Source: Catajapyx aquilonaris
Taxonomy: Eukaryota
Direction of reading: 5' to 3'
NCBI GenBank assembly: GCA_000934665.2
Contig: JYFJ02000948.1
Coordinates: 62,001 to 99,506 of the forward strand
Length of the DNA stretch: 37,506 nucleotides
The notes under the pieces were generated by a model. It ran no database searches. It was given only the letters and a program-made list of their open reading frames with translations, and was not told where the DNA came from. The position numbers and the translations under genes were made by a program. Positions 1 through 11,481 of this stretch are shown here, piece by piece. Within the stretch, counting starts at the first letter, position 1. Each line of letters opens with the position of its first letter.

Positions 1-532
1 TCAAATGCGCTAGAAGGACGTCATTTTGGTGCGGAATTCCCTTTTATTTCTCTCCCACCCTATATTTTTATCCGGTTAACACACCTAAAAAAAATGGTAT
101 TCCCATTATGAGAAATTTCTATTTTCAGACAGTGCATCGATCTTTAAAACCTGAAAGGAACCAAGTTTTCAATAATATTCGCCCGCTTTTCCTTCCCCCC
201 AAAAAATGGTTGAAATAGCCCCAACTTCAGCACGGATTGGCGATAAAACCGGAGGGAGCATTAACATTCATGAATTTTGACAGTTACCGCCTGTTGTTAT
301 TCTACTTGAAAAGCGCCGAAACTGAAAAGTTCCAAGCCCTCCCAGCACCTAATTCGGCTAGATTAAGAAAAGAGAATGATTTGTCAGAAGAAAATTCACT
401 TTTCCTAGCTGCCTCGCCAGATTACCCGAGTTCACTGCTCCCAGCTTCCCAGTATTGGACCGAATAAAAATTGAGTACTTTATAAGTGTATGAATATTTC
501 CAGTTTTATGAGTGAACAATTTTTTTTTTCAG

Positions 533-1881
533 ATTCCCGTCAGTGCGATTTGATCAGATCTCATTTGGCTGAGAGTGAGCTTCTTCGCAGCGCTGAGTCT
601 CTCCAGCAGATGAGAGGATGCGGAGCTCAGCATCAGCAGCAGGAGCTGTCCTTGTCTTGTCACTCGTCTCCTTGTCGATCAACACTGCCTTCCAGTCCCG
701 CCCGGGGAGCGGTTGCCTTCCAGAACGCCATGTCAGCGTCGCAGGGCACCCTCTGGGAAGTTATAGCACATCAGTCAGTGTCGCAGTCTCAGGTATACAC
801 AAATGGCCAGGTTGAAGTTCATGCATTACTTAAAGACTTGTATTACTGACAGATCATTTCCATTTGACCTATTACACAGCAGGTGAGCTATTATCGTAAC
901 TCAGTATTAGCTCTGATCAACCTGCAACTTAGATCGATGCAAAGTTTATCGGAAAACCCTCCCAAGTAGGTCAGGTTACGTTGATTGCTGCGAAATTCTG
1001 CACCAGTCTCCCCCCGAGTTTTTGCCTGTCTTCAGTGGTAATCTTGGCAATTAACGAAAAGGTGAAGGAACCGATAATGCCGCCTGGAGGCAGATAAAAC
1101 CACATTTTGAGCGCATAATCTGAAGCCACCTTTTCAGCAAGATAACAAGACAGCAGAGTGGTTAAAATGAGGCAAATAAAATGCAATTTTTTCTTCACTT
1201 GCAGGTAGACCTAGCTGCAGATGGATCACCTCGCAGCCTTCAGCCTGAAGTGAAACCCAGGCCTAAATTCCCCAGCGTGCGTTCATTGGGTCAGGCCAGT
1301 TCAGGGCTAGCGGCTCGCCTTCAGAAAGCCTTCAGCCATTCAAGCCTGTCATTTGGAGGAAGGTACAGGAAGAGCATCCTGCCTCCTGCTGGGAGTCTGG
1401 ACAGACTGGGAGTAGAGACCATTCGGAGAGGGACCAACAATGCCAACAATCCTAGCACTGCCACACTATTGGGCAATAGGCCAGGAACACTGCCATCTTC
1501 TCCGGTCACCTGGAGGAGAGAAGGGCTCAGGTGTGTTGCTGGACACACACAGGTGTCCTTTAGTTAAATATTGTAGCAAACATTTATGTGTTTAAATATT
1601 ACAGGGATAATGCTCTGCTGGACCTGTACATGAGCCTGGGTCCGAATCAGGGCCTGGAAAGGTTGAAGATGAAGAAAGAAGGGAGGCTGCGAGGGTTGAT
1701 GTCTGGAGTGACCGGGTCACTGCGAAACCTGACCGGATCAGCTCCTTCTGTGGCTACTTACACCCCTCGACGGCCTTTGTTGCTGGAGAGATGCAGTCTA
1801 TGCGGATTTCTGGCCGCTCATGACAGGAGGATCTTCGGAGGACAGATCTTCCATCCTGACTGCTTAGAAAGTGCAAGGTAG
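533..1881 (+). CDS. Probable exons of a spliced gene of unknown function with a C-x2-C-x16-H-x2-C (half LIM-like) motif; candidate exons 533-792, 1205-1530, 1605-1881
   Basis: Pyrimidine-rich AG acceptors at 531-532, 1203-1204 and 1603-1604 and GT donors at 793 and 1531. Phases are compatible (792->1205 phase 0; 1530->1605 phase 2 rebuilding AGG), joining ORF-track frames 490, 1181 and 1588. The last exon encodes CSLC-x16-HPDC. The 5' end and possible extra exons at 880-1061 are unresolved. Confidence 0.4.
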
Positions 1882-3096
1882 GTGAAGGTTGCTTATCCCA
1901 GAGTTTATTTACATCCGCATCGTACAGCGAATGAAAATCATTTGCAAGAAATCAAAGTTCATGGTCTAAAATACACACACAAGGTGACGAGATGTGATAT
2001 TATACAATATATTTACTGTATATCATCGAAAAATGCGGTTACACTGGCTATTTACTCCGTACAGATTACAATAATAATAATTAGAGTCCATACCATTCAA
2101 TAGTGGATTTGAATTATCGAGTGCAACAATATTGTCTCAAAGGAATTAAGAGAGGGCAACCCTTCAAATTAGGCTAAAAGGCACTGAAAATATTTCGCGA
2201 CCTACAGTGATGCATAGCTCCCTTTATGTCAACAGACAACATTGAAAAACATTACAAGTTGACAAAGAACGTACAGTGATGGCAGTCTCCTGTGTAACGG
2301 TCCGGTTTATTTGCAGCTCGACTCTCTCAGAAAACCCTCTTTTAGATTTTTGTTTCCACTACAGATATTAGAATTTACTGCCAAACTCGAGGCAACTTTC
2401 AGTGAACTTGATGTTTTTTGGCAAGAGAAAAGGGATTCCTCCGAGTGAAATATGAGCCATTCCCGACACTTGACGCATTTTCTAGAAGGCGTTAAAAAAA
2501 AGAGAGGTTTTCTCTGGCCTTTTGGGACCGAGTTGGGAACAGCGATTAAGGAAATAGGCGTCGATAACACGTGTCAGAGGCAGCCACAGGAGCAGGGAGA
2601 GAAGAGGCCACTTGAGGAATATCTGATTCGCAAAACCCCCGAAACAACAACCAGGGAAAACCCCCTCGTTCTCCAAGGGTCCGAATGGGGTCTGAGGAGC
2701 TGCTGGTAGAATAAGTGTTCCAGGAGAATGGGTGAGAGGGTAAGCAGCTGGAAGTTTGAAATCGAATCTAAGAGATCTCTGGGCTTCGGCGGATCCAGGA
2801 TCGCAGGTAATTTACGACTGGCTTGTAATGGAACGGAGGGAAATTGCCTTTCCTTGGCCATCTAGGAAATTGCGACGCATTATGAAGCTAAGCATGCTGA
2901 GAGCAGCAGACACTGATATAAATTACACCAATTTTTGGAGACTGGGTGGGGAGGGGTGCTGGCGAAAGAATGAAAGATTTAGATTTTAGGATATTAAATT
3001 CTGAGCAAAAATAATGTGACAATGATGAGTAATTGCATTGGGTGGAACCACCTTTTGGAAAATTATTCAGCAGATGATGCATATTTCTTGAAGCAT

Positions 3097-5112
3097 TTAG
3101 GGCAAATATTTTCCTTCATAGGTAGTGTCATCATGTTTAACTTCTCTGTTTTCTTCTGAAGCACAAGCTAATTGTGTTTGGCTAATGTTGATGTTGTTGG
3201 GCGGTACAGGTTTCAGTTCATCTCTGTTCCTTTTCTTGCCCAACTGAACCGCTTTTCCTCCCAATAACTCAACGATAATGACCGCGCAACTTACAATCCA
3301 GCCCATTACCAATAGAGTGAAACAAGCGTTTAATTCTTGTAGAGTAAATGCCTTGTCTTCATCCGGCGAATTTACTCCGTTAGATTTGTCCCTCTGTCGG
3401 GCGGCCACTAATCCCTTCAGAAAATTACTGTCGAAGATTTCTTTCAGCCCTTGGTATCCCACACCACTCTCAAACACTCCTGTCTGTAAAACTCGATTTA
3501 AGGCTTCTGTGTACACCGCATCTTTCGGAATAGCCATTGGGAAATAGTACTCCAAAGTCAGAGCGTCCGACTTTCTAATCAGCGATTGTCCGCTTGAATC
3601 GATGTGTTTACTTCCAGCCGAATACAAAAATGCGGAAACAGAAATGCAAGCCGCCATTTCTGTCAGGCATATCTCGACACATTTTTCTAAAGAGGCGGCA
3701 GACTGGATGGTGTTTGACAATTGATGCAACACCGATGTGTTGTCCTCGAGCTTTCTCACCATTTCATTAAACACAAGTTTGTGGGTGACCGGCATGTAGT
3801 AGTGATATTTGGAAGAAATTAGTTCCTCAAACGTATCTGGAACTTCCTCTACATCTGGCATCGTCATATAAGAGTACAATTTACTACGATAACAGGTGAT
3901 AATTATGGTTGAAAAGTAAAAAAAGAATGTAAAGAATATTTTGGATGCAGGGCTTGTTGGAACTGGTACGAATTGATCTAAGAGGGCTGAAAAAGTGTAC
4001 TTTATGTACTCAAATAACTGTGCATTTTGGACACCTCCTCTTTTCGCAAAAACCCACGCAAAAATGGCGTACAAACAAGTGCTGAAAACTATTAGGAGCC
4101 AAAGAGCTAGCGAGTACGGACGGAATATAATTTTCCACGAGTAAACCTTATTGGGAAATGACGTGACGAACGTGACATGATCGAAGAAGGACGACTTTGT
4201 AATGGTCACAACCGCCATCATCTCCGGACTAGGCAGAATTCCTAGAGCAGCGTCTGCTTTTCCCGACACCACGTCGCCGACACGACCAATCCACGTACCA
4301 TTCGGAAAAGGAGAGTCCAGCAGACTGTTCATGTTCATGTTGTCAATTTCGTACACTTCCCAAGAGGCGTTGAGTCCTCGTCCAATTAGCAGCATCACGT
4401 GTTCTTCAACAGTTGTCACTTCCCCAGATTGAACTTTTGCAAACACCTGTTTCATGCTGATCGGTTGAAAGTACGACACGCGTATAAGTTTGCCGTGGAA
4501 GTTTTGAGTGAAGTCTGGAAATATTTTGTTCAAGCTTAACACCTTGTCCTGATGGCTCTTGTACTTACCCAAATTCATGACAGCCGGTTCGCCTTGATTG
4601 CAAAAGAAGCATATCGAGTGCATCTGAACATAATTAGTCGCTTGAGATGTGGCTATGATTTTGTATCTAAAATTTGATATCGGAGGTTGATGGAACAGGT
4701 GAGACACTTCACTAATGTTTGCGTCATCGCGAATGTAGAATATAAAATAGTCAGTGTTGGTCAATAGGCGAATAGTTCTTTCCAAGTGGCTCACTATGGA
4801 AGTTAGATTGTGCGATGTGCATATCACTAGATGTAAGTGTTCCTGATCGGATATGTTTTTAGGTATTGTAAGCTTGCTGTTATATGCATGACGGTGTCCG
4901 ACTGTCCTGGAAGTTTTATAGTCAGTGTTTTTTTGGTGCAGGTAAAACGTTATGGGCTCAGGAACATGATAAAAATCGTGCGATAACACTAATTCACTAT
5001 TAGGCTTTAGACGTAAAACGGCGGTAACTAATTGCAAGATTGCAAAGATGACATTGTCCTCTGCCGGAGTAATGGAAAAATTACTTCCCTGGAGCGATCC
5101 CAACAAGGACAT
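3097..5112 (-). CDS. Divergent ionotropic receptor IR-1 (variant iGluR family); start uncertain
   Basis: Long open frame. S1-like NGTWIGRVGDVVSGKADAALG, M1 (IFRPYSLALWLLIVF), pore loop FSALLDQ, M3 TCYRSKLYSYM (cf. SYTANLAAF) and hydrophobic M4. ORF-track start at 5130 is GTG; the first in-frame ATG is at 5112. Confidence 0.88.
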   Translation of the reverse strand: MSLLGSLQGSNFSITPAEDNVIFAILQLVTAVLRLKPNSELVLSHDFYHVPEPITFYLHQKNTDYKTSRTVGHRHAYNSKLTIPKNISDQEHLHLVICTSHNLTSIVSHLERTIRLLTNTDYFIFYIRDDANISEVSHLFHQPPISNFRYKIIATSQATNYVQMHSICFFCNQGEPAVMNLGKYKSHQDKVLSLNKIFPDFTQNFHGKLIRVSYFQPISMKQVFAKVQSGEVTTVEEHVMLLIGRGLNASWEVYEIDNMNMNSLLDSPFPNGTWIGRVGDVVSGKADAALGILPSPEMMAVVTITKSSFFDHVTFVTSFPNKVYSWKIIFRPYSLALWLLIVFSTCLYAIFAWVFAKRGGVQNAQLFEYIKYTFSALLDQFVPVPTSPASKIFFTFFFYFSTIIITCYRSKLYSYMTMPDVEEVPDTFEELISSKYHYYMPVTHKLVFNEMVRKLEDNTSVLHQLSNTIQSAASLEKCVEICLTEMAACISVSAFLYSAGSKHIDSSGQSLIRKSDALTLEYYFPMAIPKDAVYTEALNRVLQTGVFESGVGYQGLKEIFDSNFLKGLVAARQRDKSNGVNSPDEDKAFTLQELNACFTLLVMGWIVSCAVIIVELLGGKAVQLGKKRNRDELKPVPPNNINISQTQLACASEENREVKHDDTTYEGKYLP

Positions 5113-6545
5113 TTTTGTCAAAACACACACAAACTCGTGCGAAACTACATACTACTTGTACAAACGCACGTACTGAATTACAATTTCTGCTTATTCTGCG
5201 TAGTTAGCAAATATTACGCGCACAATTTTGGTTTCCCAATATTGTACCAGTCGTATCATTTTGTATGCATATATACCTGTAATTATTGTCTGTGTGTGTA
5301 TGTTGCCTACATGTACGAGATTTAATAATAAATGTAATCTCGAGCTGATCTGATTGCGCCATTTCTGCGAGACACGGCTATTTCCAAGTGCTCCAGTTTA
5401 TGACGCAAATTGCTACGTGGACTGAACCAAGTGGCCCAGTGGCACAATTATGTCCCAGAACCTCTTGGGTGTAGTTACACATTGTTCGTGTAGCATGCAA
5501 ATCAATACTTAGCCAAGTGGACACATTATATCTGTAGATCTGTTCAAAAGAAATGTTCTAAGCGTTTTTTGTCAGAATATTTCTTTTGATAATCACAGTA
5601 TACATAATGCATATTTGTTTTTTGTTATAATAATTGTCGAATTACTACTGGTGGATTACACTTGCTGCAGGGAAGGAAATGAGAACATTGATTTTCACAC
5701 TCCAATAGGACAAAGAGGTTTATTGTTTTTGACATAAATTACTGGTATTTGTTACATTGTTACTTCATTCATGAAGGATATGTGCGATGCGTGTGCAGAA
5801 CATACATATCGTATATAGGCCTTGAACCCAGTCACTTGTACCTTTTATTCCCCAAACCCTACTATGCGGCTCACATGCGATATTAACATTTTAAAGTTAA
5901 TTAAGTGGGCAGTGGTATTGACGTAATAGAGACTATTGATGTTAAATACTGCATGAAAATTATAGTCCCGGTGAAACTTTCCGGACTAATTAAAACAACT
6001 GCACGACGACATATTGGGCAGAAGTGATCAACCATTCTCGGCAGAACAGTATTTTAAATTATGGACGCTCACTGCACTGTGCAAAACATGAGACACTTGA
6101 CATGCTTCCAGAAAGAGTTATGCGAATAACACACCATAAATAGAATAACATGCATATGGCCCACTCTGTTACTTTCTTAGATCAAAGTCGATGCCACATT
6201 GTCAAGGACACTGAATAAGGAACTATGTGATGATCAAGGTAGCAGAAGTAATTTATTGATTTCGAATTGTTGAAGCGCACGTTACCGGATCCAGCAATGT
6301 TCTAAGTTACGTAACTTCCTTTTTGTTGCTTCTTTAATAGTCTACTGCAATTTATTGCATTGGAATCGTTGTAATAATTGACACAAAATCACCATCTAGA
6401 TAGCGCACATATATTTATGCACTAACTTGTGAAGAATGTGTTCGTTGATTTAAAATTACCTATATTCCAGTTATAACAAATTAAGAAAAGGGTGCAGGGT
6501 AATTAGATTAACTGCGTTTAAGGTATTATTGCTGTCCACTGTAAA

Positions 6546-8480
6546 TTACATGCGAACGGGATACATTTCTACAAAAAAGCGAGTAGTTGCAAAATGTTGA
6601 CGGTAACGAATTATTTGGCTTATGATGTTTTCGCACATGAAGGCAACGCTACTTAACGCAAGTCCAGCAACAAATAATAAAAATGCCCCCTTCAGGTTAT
6701 CATATCCGAGGATCTGTGCTTCATGACTAACAGGTTTGTTGGTCATCACAAGTTTTCGAGCTTTCGTAAGTCCATTTATGAACCGACTATAACTCTCCCG
6801 TCTCACCCATTCATCCCAAAATCCCTGCTCGCTGATTGCGGAAACTGCTTTTTCGATGGCCAACTTAAACACAGCATTTTTTCTGACTGCCACAGGATAA
6901 AACAAGTACAATTCAAATACCTTCGAAGCTTCCACTAGAGGCTGACCGAACTGATCCACCAGGCCGGCAGCTTCTATGTGCAGAAAAGACGTGGCTGTTA
7001 CGCAAGCCGTGTCTTGCTTCAGCACCATCCTGGCACATTCAGAGGGTGTGATTGCAGAAATGAAATTCTTCACAACCATGTGAAATACAGTGTCATTTTT
7101 CTCCATCATGTCCAGATTGGAGGTTAGGACTGTCCTATGCTGTGCGGGTGTGTATATGGTGTAGTTGTACGAAAGGAGTTCATTAAAGTCTCTCGGTACA
7201 AACTCTTTCACCGGGACTGTCATGTGAGCAAAGAGTCTGCTGCGATAGCACGTGCTTATTATGATAGCAACGTGCAAGAACCATCCAAGAACAAACCTGG
7301 TAGCCAGAGTGGTAGACATAGATGTGGGTTGTTCTACCAGAGTACTAAGCACATACCTGAAATATCTAGTGAGGGACGGTCTGCTGACAATCCGCGAGTC
7401 TGCTCGACCAATGACCCAAACAGAAAACACACAGAGAAGTACAATAATTCCGATCAAAAACCATACTAGGGTCGAAAACGGTTGCGCGATGACTGTCCAC
7501 AAGTACAGGTCTTTAGGAGCTGCTGTGATGAATGTGAGATAGTCGTACATGCAGGCTTTGGTGATATCCACAACCTTCATGGCCTCTTTGCTTGGAACGA
7601 TAGCCATTGCTAGATCCGCTTTGTCTAAAATGATGTCCTGAATTCGTCCAGTCCAAGTTCCGTTTGGAAGCGGTTTGTCACTCACACTGTTGGGACTCAC
7701 GTCCGACTTAAACATTACCCAAGACGCGTTCAGGGCCTCTCCTATGAACAACATGCGATTTTCAGCCACCGATAAGCCCTCGGACCTTTTCTGTCTTTCC
7801 AAAACGTCACTCATGTTTGCAGGCGAGAAGTATGAAACTCGCAGCAGGTTCCCGTGAAAATTGCTGGCAAAATCTGGAAACAGTTGTGACACACTTTGTA
7901 ATTTTGTGCCATCTTGCTCACTTCCGATCTTAACTGATTTGGGATTTCCGTTGCTGCAATAGAAGCAGATTGTGTGCACATGCCAGTTTTTACCATCGGA
8001 TGCGACTATAATCTTGAACTTTACACCTGACAGAGGCATTTTATAGAAGCCTTTAAGTTGATCGAAACTTGCCGAATTTCGCATCCAAAACACAAAGAAA
8101 TCAAAGTTGGGCCTTATGGCAAAGATCTGCTCTAACCGATTCATAATGTCAACAGTGTTCAGTTCCAATGACACTATTAAGTGCAAACTTTGATCAGAAA
8201 ATGGAAATTGTGGCGATGAATGGTGCACGCCAGTTTTATGACTTAAGTCTGCGATCAATGACGGTTCTAACGATTTATGCCGCGAACTTAAAAATTCCAG
8301 CACATGTCTCGGTACATGTTGGGTGTCGTGAGAAAGCACCAAAGGAAATTCCTTCATGATGTCCATAATTTGATGTATCAGGTCCAGCTCTTTTTTGCTC
8401 ACGTCTGTGTCTACCTCCAAATGCACATTACTCGCACAAACCCTCCAAAATATAACGGGAAGGAGGATTGAACGAGACAT
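6546..8480 (-). CDS. Divergent ionotropic receptor IR-2
   Basis: 644-aa ATG-initiated ORF with a signal-peptide-like N-terminus, ICFYC motif, NGTWTGRIQDIILDKADLAM, QPFSTLVW (M1), TLVEQ pore, TCYRSRLFAHM (M3) and M4. Confidence 0.9.
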   Translation of the reverse strand: MSRSILLPVIFWRVCASNVHLEVDTDVSKKELDLIHQIMDIMKEFPLVLSHDTQHVPRHVLEFLSSRHKSLEPSLIADLSHKTGVHHSSPQFPFSDQSLHLIVSLELNTVDIMNRLEQIFAIRPNFDFFVFWMRNSASFDQLKGFYKMPLSGVKFKIIVASDGKNWHVHTICFYCSNGNPKSVKIGSEQDGTKLQSVSQLFPDFASNFHGNLLRVSYFSPANMSDVLERQKRSEGLSVAENRMLFIGEALNASWVMFKSDVSPNSVSDKPLPNGTWTGRIQDIILDKADLAMAIVPSKEAMKVVDITKACMYDYLTFITAAPKDLYLWTVIAQPFSTLVWFLIGIIVLLCVFSVWVIGRADSRIVSRPSLTRYFRYVLSTLVEQPTSMSTTLATRFVLGWFLHVAIIISTCYRSRLFAHMTVPVKEFVPRDFNELLSYNYTIYTPAQHRTVLTSNLDMMEKNDTVFHMVVKNFISAITPSECARMVLKQDTACVTATSFLHIEAAGLVDQFGQPLVEASKVFELYLFYPVAVRKNAVFKLAIEKAVSAISEQGFWDEWVRRESYSRFINGLTKARKLVMTNKPVSHEAQILGYDNLKGAFLLFVAGLALSSVAFMCENIISQIIRYRQHFATTRFFVEMYPVRM

Positions 8481-9546
8481 TTTAAGTCCAGTGAATTTCA
8501 GTTACTAAAAAGTGGTCGGTTTGAAAGTCGAAGAAAGGCAGTGGTCAGTCTGATTATTTTATGGGAAGTGTCGAAGCGCCCTGTCGTGATAAATTGCCTC
8601 GATATTTAATTGAAACGCCTTGCTGCGTTCAGTACGTCACGGATGTCACGCAAGCAGCGTGGCGACTTCTTTTTTGTTGTGTAGTCATGTCGAAAGGCAT
8701 TTGTCACCTGAAAATACGTATATTTTGCAACTCATTTTAAAAACATCTGCTCTTGCCAACAATGATAAGAGACCCAACTCAATAATCGTTTTAAATTCTA
8801 GGTACTGTCGCAACTGAATTATGCATATGCATAGGTAGTGAGTATGTTGAAGTAAACGCGCACATGCCCTCATGTTGCCTGTGCAGCTTTCACATTATTA
8901 TTTAATATTACTCGTATGATAAAGGCTACTAGCTCGTACAATGATAGGTTTGAAATATAACCCTGTTCAATACATTTCGTGTCTAGCAGTGCGCAACTAG
9001 ATAATTTGAACTGACAGTGCAAAGCAGGCTTTGAATCTCTTTACAGAATATTCAATCAGTGTGTCTGCTTTACAATTGTAAAAGGGATTAAGGTCAAGGC
9101 CTAATTAGCTACCTGTTGGGAGTGTGTGCATCAACCAAACAGGTCTAAAAGTAGCTTACGATTTTCTGGCGGAGTCGCAGATAATGATTGTTGTGACAAG
9201 CAGATGTACAGTACTATGGGCGTATTTACACACTCCTTTCTATAGCGACAATCGATCGGGGAGCGTGAAAAGAGGGAAGGGGAGGAAAAGCAACTTTGTA
9301 ATAAAAGCAGTCGGATTTTTAAATTAATTTTATTCAGTGAAATTACCTTAATCAACACCGTGCCTCCTCATGTTGCACTTTGTTTTAAAATGTGAAATTA
9401 CGCAAATTATTCTATGTTGGCGGCTCAGCTGTGAATAATGTAGTGTACTGTACAATGTACTCAATATAATGCACCACTTGTCTTGAAAATGTTGAATTTG
9501 CTTCATTTGCTTTCCCGAGAGATGCTGATTAAACACTCATTGTTTA

Positions 9547-11481
9547 TTATGGAATGAAGGGGTACGGGGGATTTCTCTTCTGACAACTAGTCGCACACGT
9601 TTCATATAAAAAAGCAATTACGCTTAAAATGTGCCCAGCCACATACAGGAGGAAACCACCTTGCAGATTTTTTAATCCAAATGTTCCAGCCTCGTCGCTA
9701 GCTGCAAGCTCTGTATTGGTTCGAGCCTGGCTTCGAGCCTGCCTCAACCCTTCCATGAATCGACCACGTCTCTCCTGCTCGAGCCACTTCCCCCAAAAAC
9801 CTTGCTCAATAATTGCTGAAATGGCGAATTCCACAGACGATTTGATAATAGAATTTTTCTTCACGGCTATCGGGAAAAAGTACGGCATTGCATTCGTTTT
9901 TGAAGCTTTGACTAGTGAGTGACCCTTGTAGTCTACAAAACGACTAGCGTCTATGAGCAGCAACGTGCTAATTGTCGCGCATGCTGTGTTTTTCTGGAGC
10001 GCCATTTCCGCACATCCAGAAGTGGCCCAAACTGTTGGGGATTTTTCAACTAACTTGTGAAACACCGTGTCCTTATTTCCAGCTCGCTCCAGGATGCCTC
10101 TGAATACTAGTTTGTGCGGGGTTGGAAGATAGAGCGTGTAGTTGTATTGCAGTATCTCGTCGAAATCTCGTGGAATGAACTCCTTGGCAGGCGCGGCCAT
10201 AAAAGCGAAAAGTCGGCTGCGATACGATGTCCCTATAATTATTGTGATGTACAGGAACCATCCCAGAACAAACTTGGAGGCCAGATTAGTATAAATGGGC
10301 GTGAATTGCTCAAGGAGAGCACCGAAAGCGTACTTGAAATACTTGAACAGCGATTGCCTGCGAGCGGGTCTAGGATCTAGGCGACTAATTAACCACAAAG
10401 AAATGACAGAAAGAGCCACTATTACACTGAGAAGGCCCCAGACCAGTAAAGAAAATGGTTGGACTATCGCTGCCCAAGAATGTACATTGTGAGGTGCCAT
10501 TGTGATGAATGTCAAATGGTCGTACACACACGCTTTGGTCAGTTCAACTACTCTCATGACCTCACCGCTAGGAACAATGGCCAGTCCAATGTCCGCTCTT
10601 TGGGACAGTATGTCTTGTACTCTACCAGTCCAGCTGCCGTTTTCCAGAGGTGTGTCACTCACACTATTGGGACTCACGTCCGACATGAACATGTCCCACG
10701 AGGCGTTCATTGATTGGCCTATAAACAAAGCACGATTTTCGGCCACTGTTAGTAGTTCACGTTTGCTGTACTTTTCAGTCACTTGGTCCATGTCTGCTTC
10801 AGAGAAGTAAGAAATCTTGAGCATTTTGCCGTGGAAATTGCGGGAAAAATCTGGAAACAGGTTTAGGCTATTCGACAGATGCCTGTAGGAGTGTTTGGTT
10901 CCGAGTAATTTGACTTGCGGTTTGCCTTCGTTGCAATAGAAGCAGACGGTGTGCAGTGAAATGTTGCCAGGGCCACTTGTTGTGACGATGATTTTGTGCT
11001 TAATATCCGCAATAGGTTCTCGTAACAGGATTGATACGATCTGATCGAATGGTGTGTCGTTTTGGATCCAAAATATGTAGTAATCGAAACTTGGTCTGGT
11101 CTTGCACACTTCCTGTAAACGCTTGAATGACACTACCATGTTCTTCTTGGACGATATGATCAAATGCACACTTCGTTCTGCGAATGGAAATGTAGCCGGT
11201 AGCTGTTTGGTCGGACCTGAACTGCTTATTTTTGTGATCACTGTAGCTCGGGTGAGATCATGACGCGCACTTACGAAATCCAAAACAGGTGACGGCACAT
11301 TTTTAAAGTCGTGAGAAAACACCAACGACTCCAGTGGTGTTGCACCAGAAAGCGCCACCAATAAATCCAACACTGCCTTGTACATATTAACGTTCGTGTC
11401 ATTCTTGGAAAATATTGCCGCACTACAATCTGTCGAACACGACATAAAATACGAAGCGACCGTATATAACGCAACAAGCAT
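9547..11481 (-). CDS. Divergent ionotropic receptor IR-3
   Basis: ATG at 11481 (track start 11484 is GTG). Same domain order; shares SDVSPNSVSD-PL-NG-WTGR-QDI with IR-2; M3 TSYRSRLFAFM. Confidence 0.9.
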   Translation of the reverse strand: MLVALYTVASYFMSCSTDCSAAIFSKNDTNVNMYKAVLDLLVALSGATPLESLVFSHDFKNVPSPVLDFVSARHDLTRATVITKISSSGPTKQLPATFPFAERSVHLIISSKKNMVVSFKRLQEVCKTRPSFDYYIFWIQNDTPFDQIVSILLREPIADIKHKIIVTTSGPGNISLHTVCFYCNEGKPQVKLLGTKHSYRHLSNSLNLFPDFSRNFHGKMLKISYFSEADMDQVTEKYSKRELLTVAENRALFIGQSMNASWDMFMSDVSPNSVSDTPLENGSWTGRVQDILSQRADIGLAIVPSGEVMRVVELTKACVYDHLTFITMAPHNVHSWAAIVQPFSLLVWGLLSVIVALSVISLWLISRLDPRPARRQSLFKYFKYAFGALLEQFTPIYTNLASKFVLGWFLYITIIIGTSYRSRLFAFMAAPAKEFIPRDFDEILQYNYTLYLPTPHKLVFRGILERAGNKDTVFHKLVEKSPTVWATSGCAEMALQKNTACATISTLLLIDASRFVDYKGHSLVKASKTNAMPYFFPIAVKKNSIIKSSVEFAISAIIEQGFWGKWLEQERRGRFMEGLRQARSQARTNTELAASDEAGTFGLKNLQGGFLLYVAGHILSVIAFLYETCATSCQKRNPPYPFIP

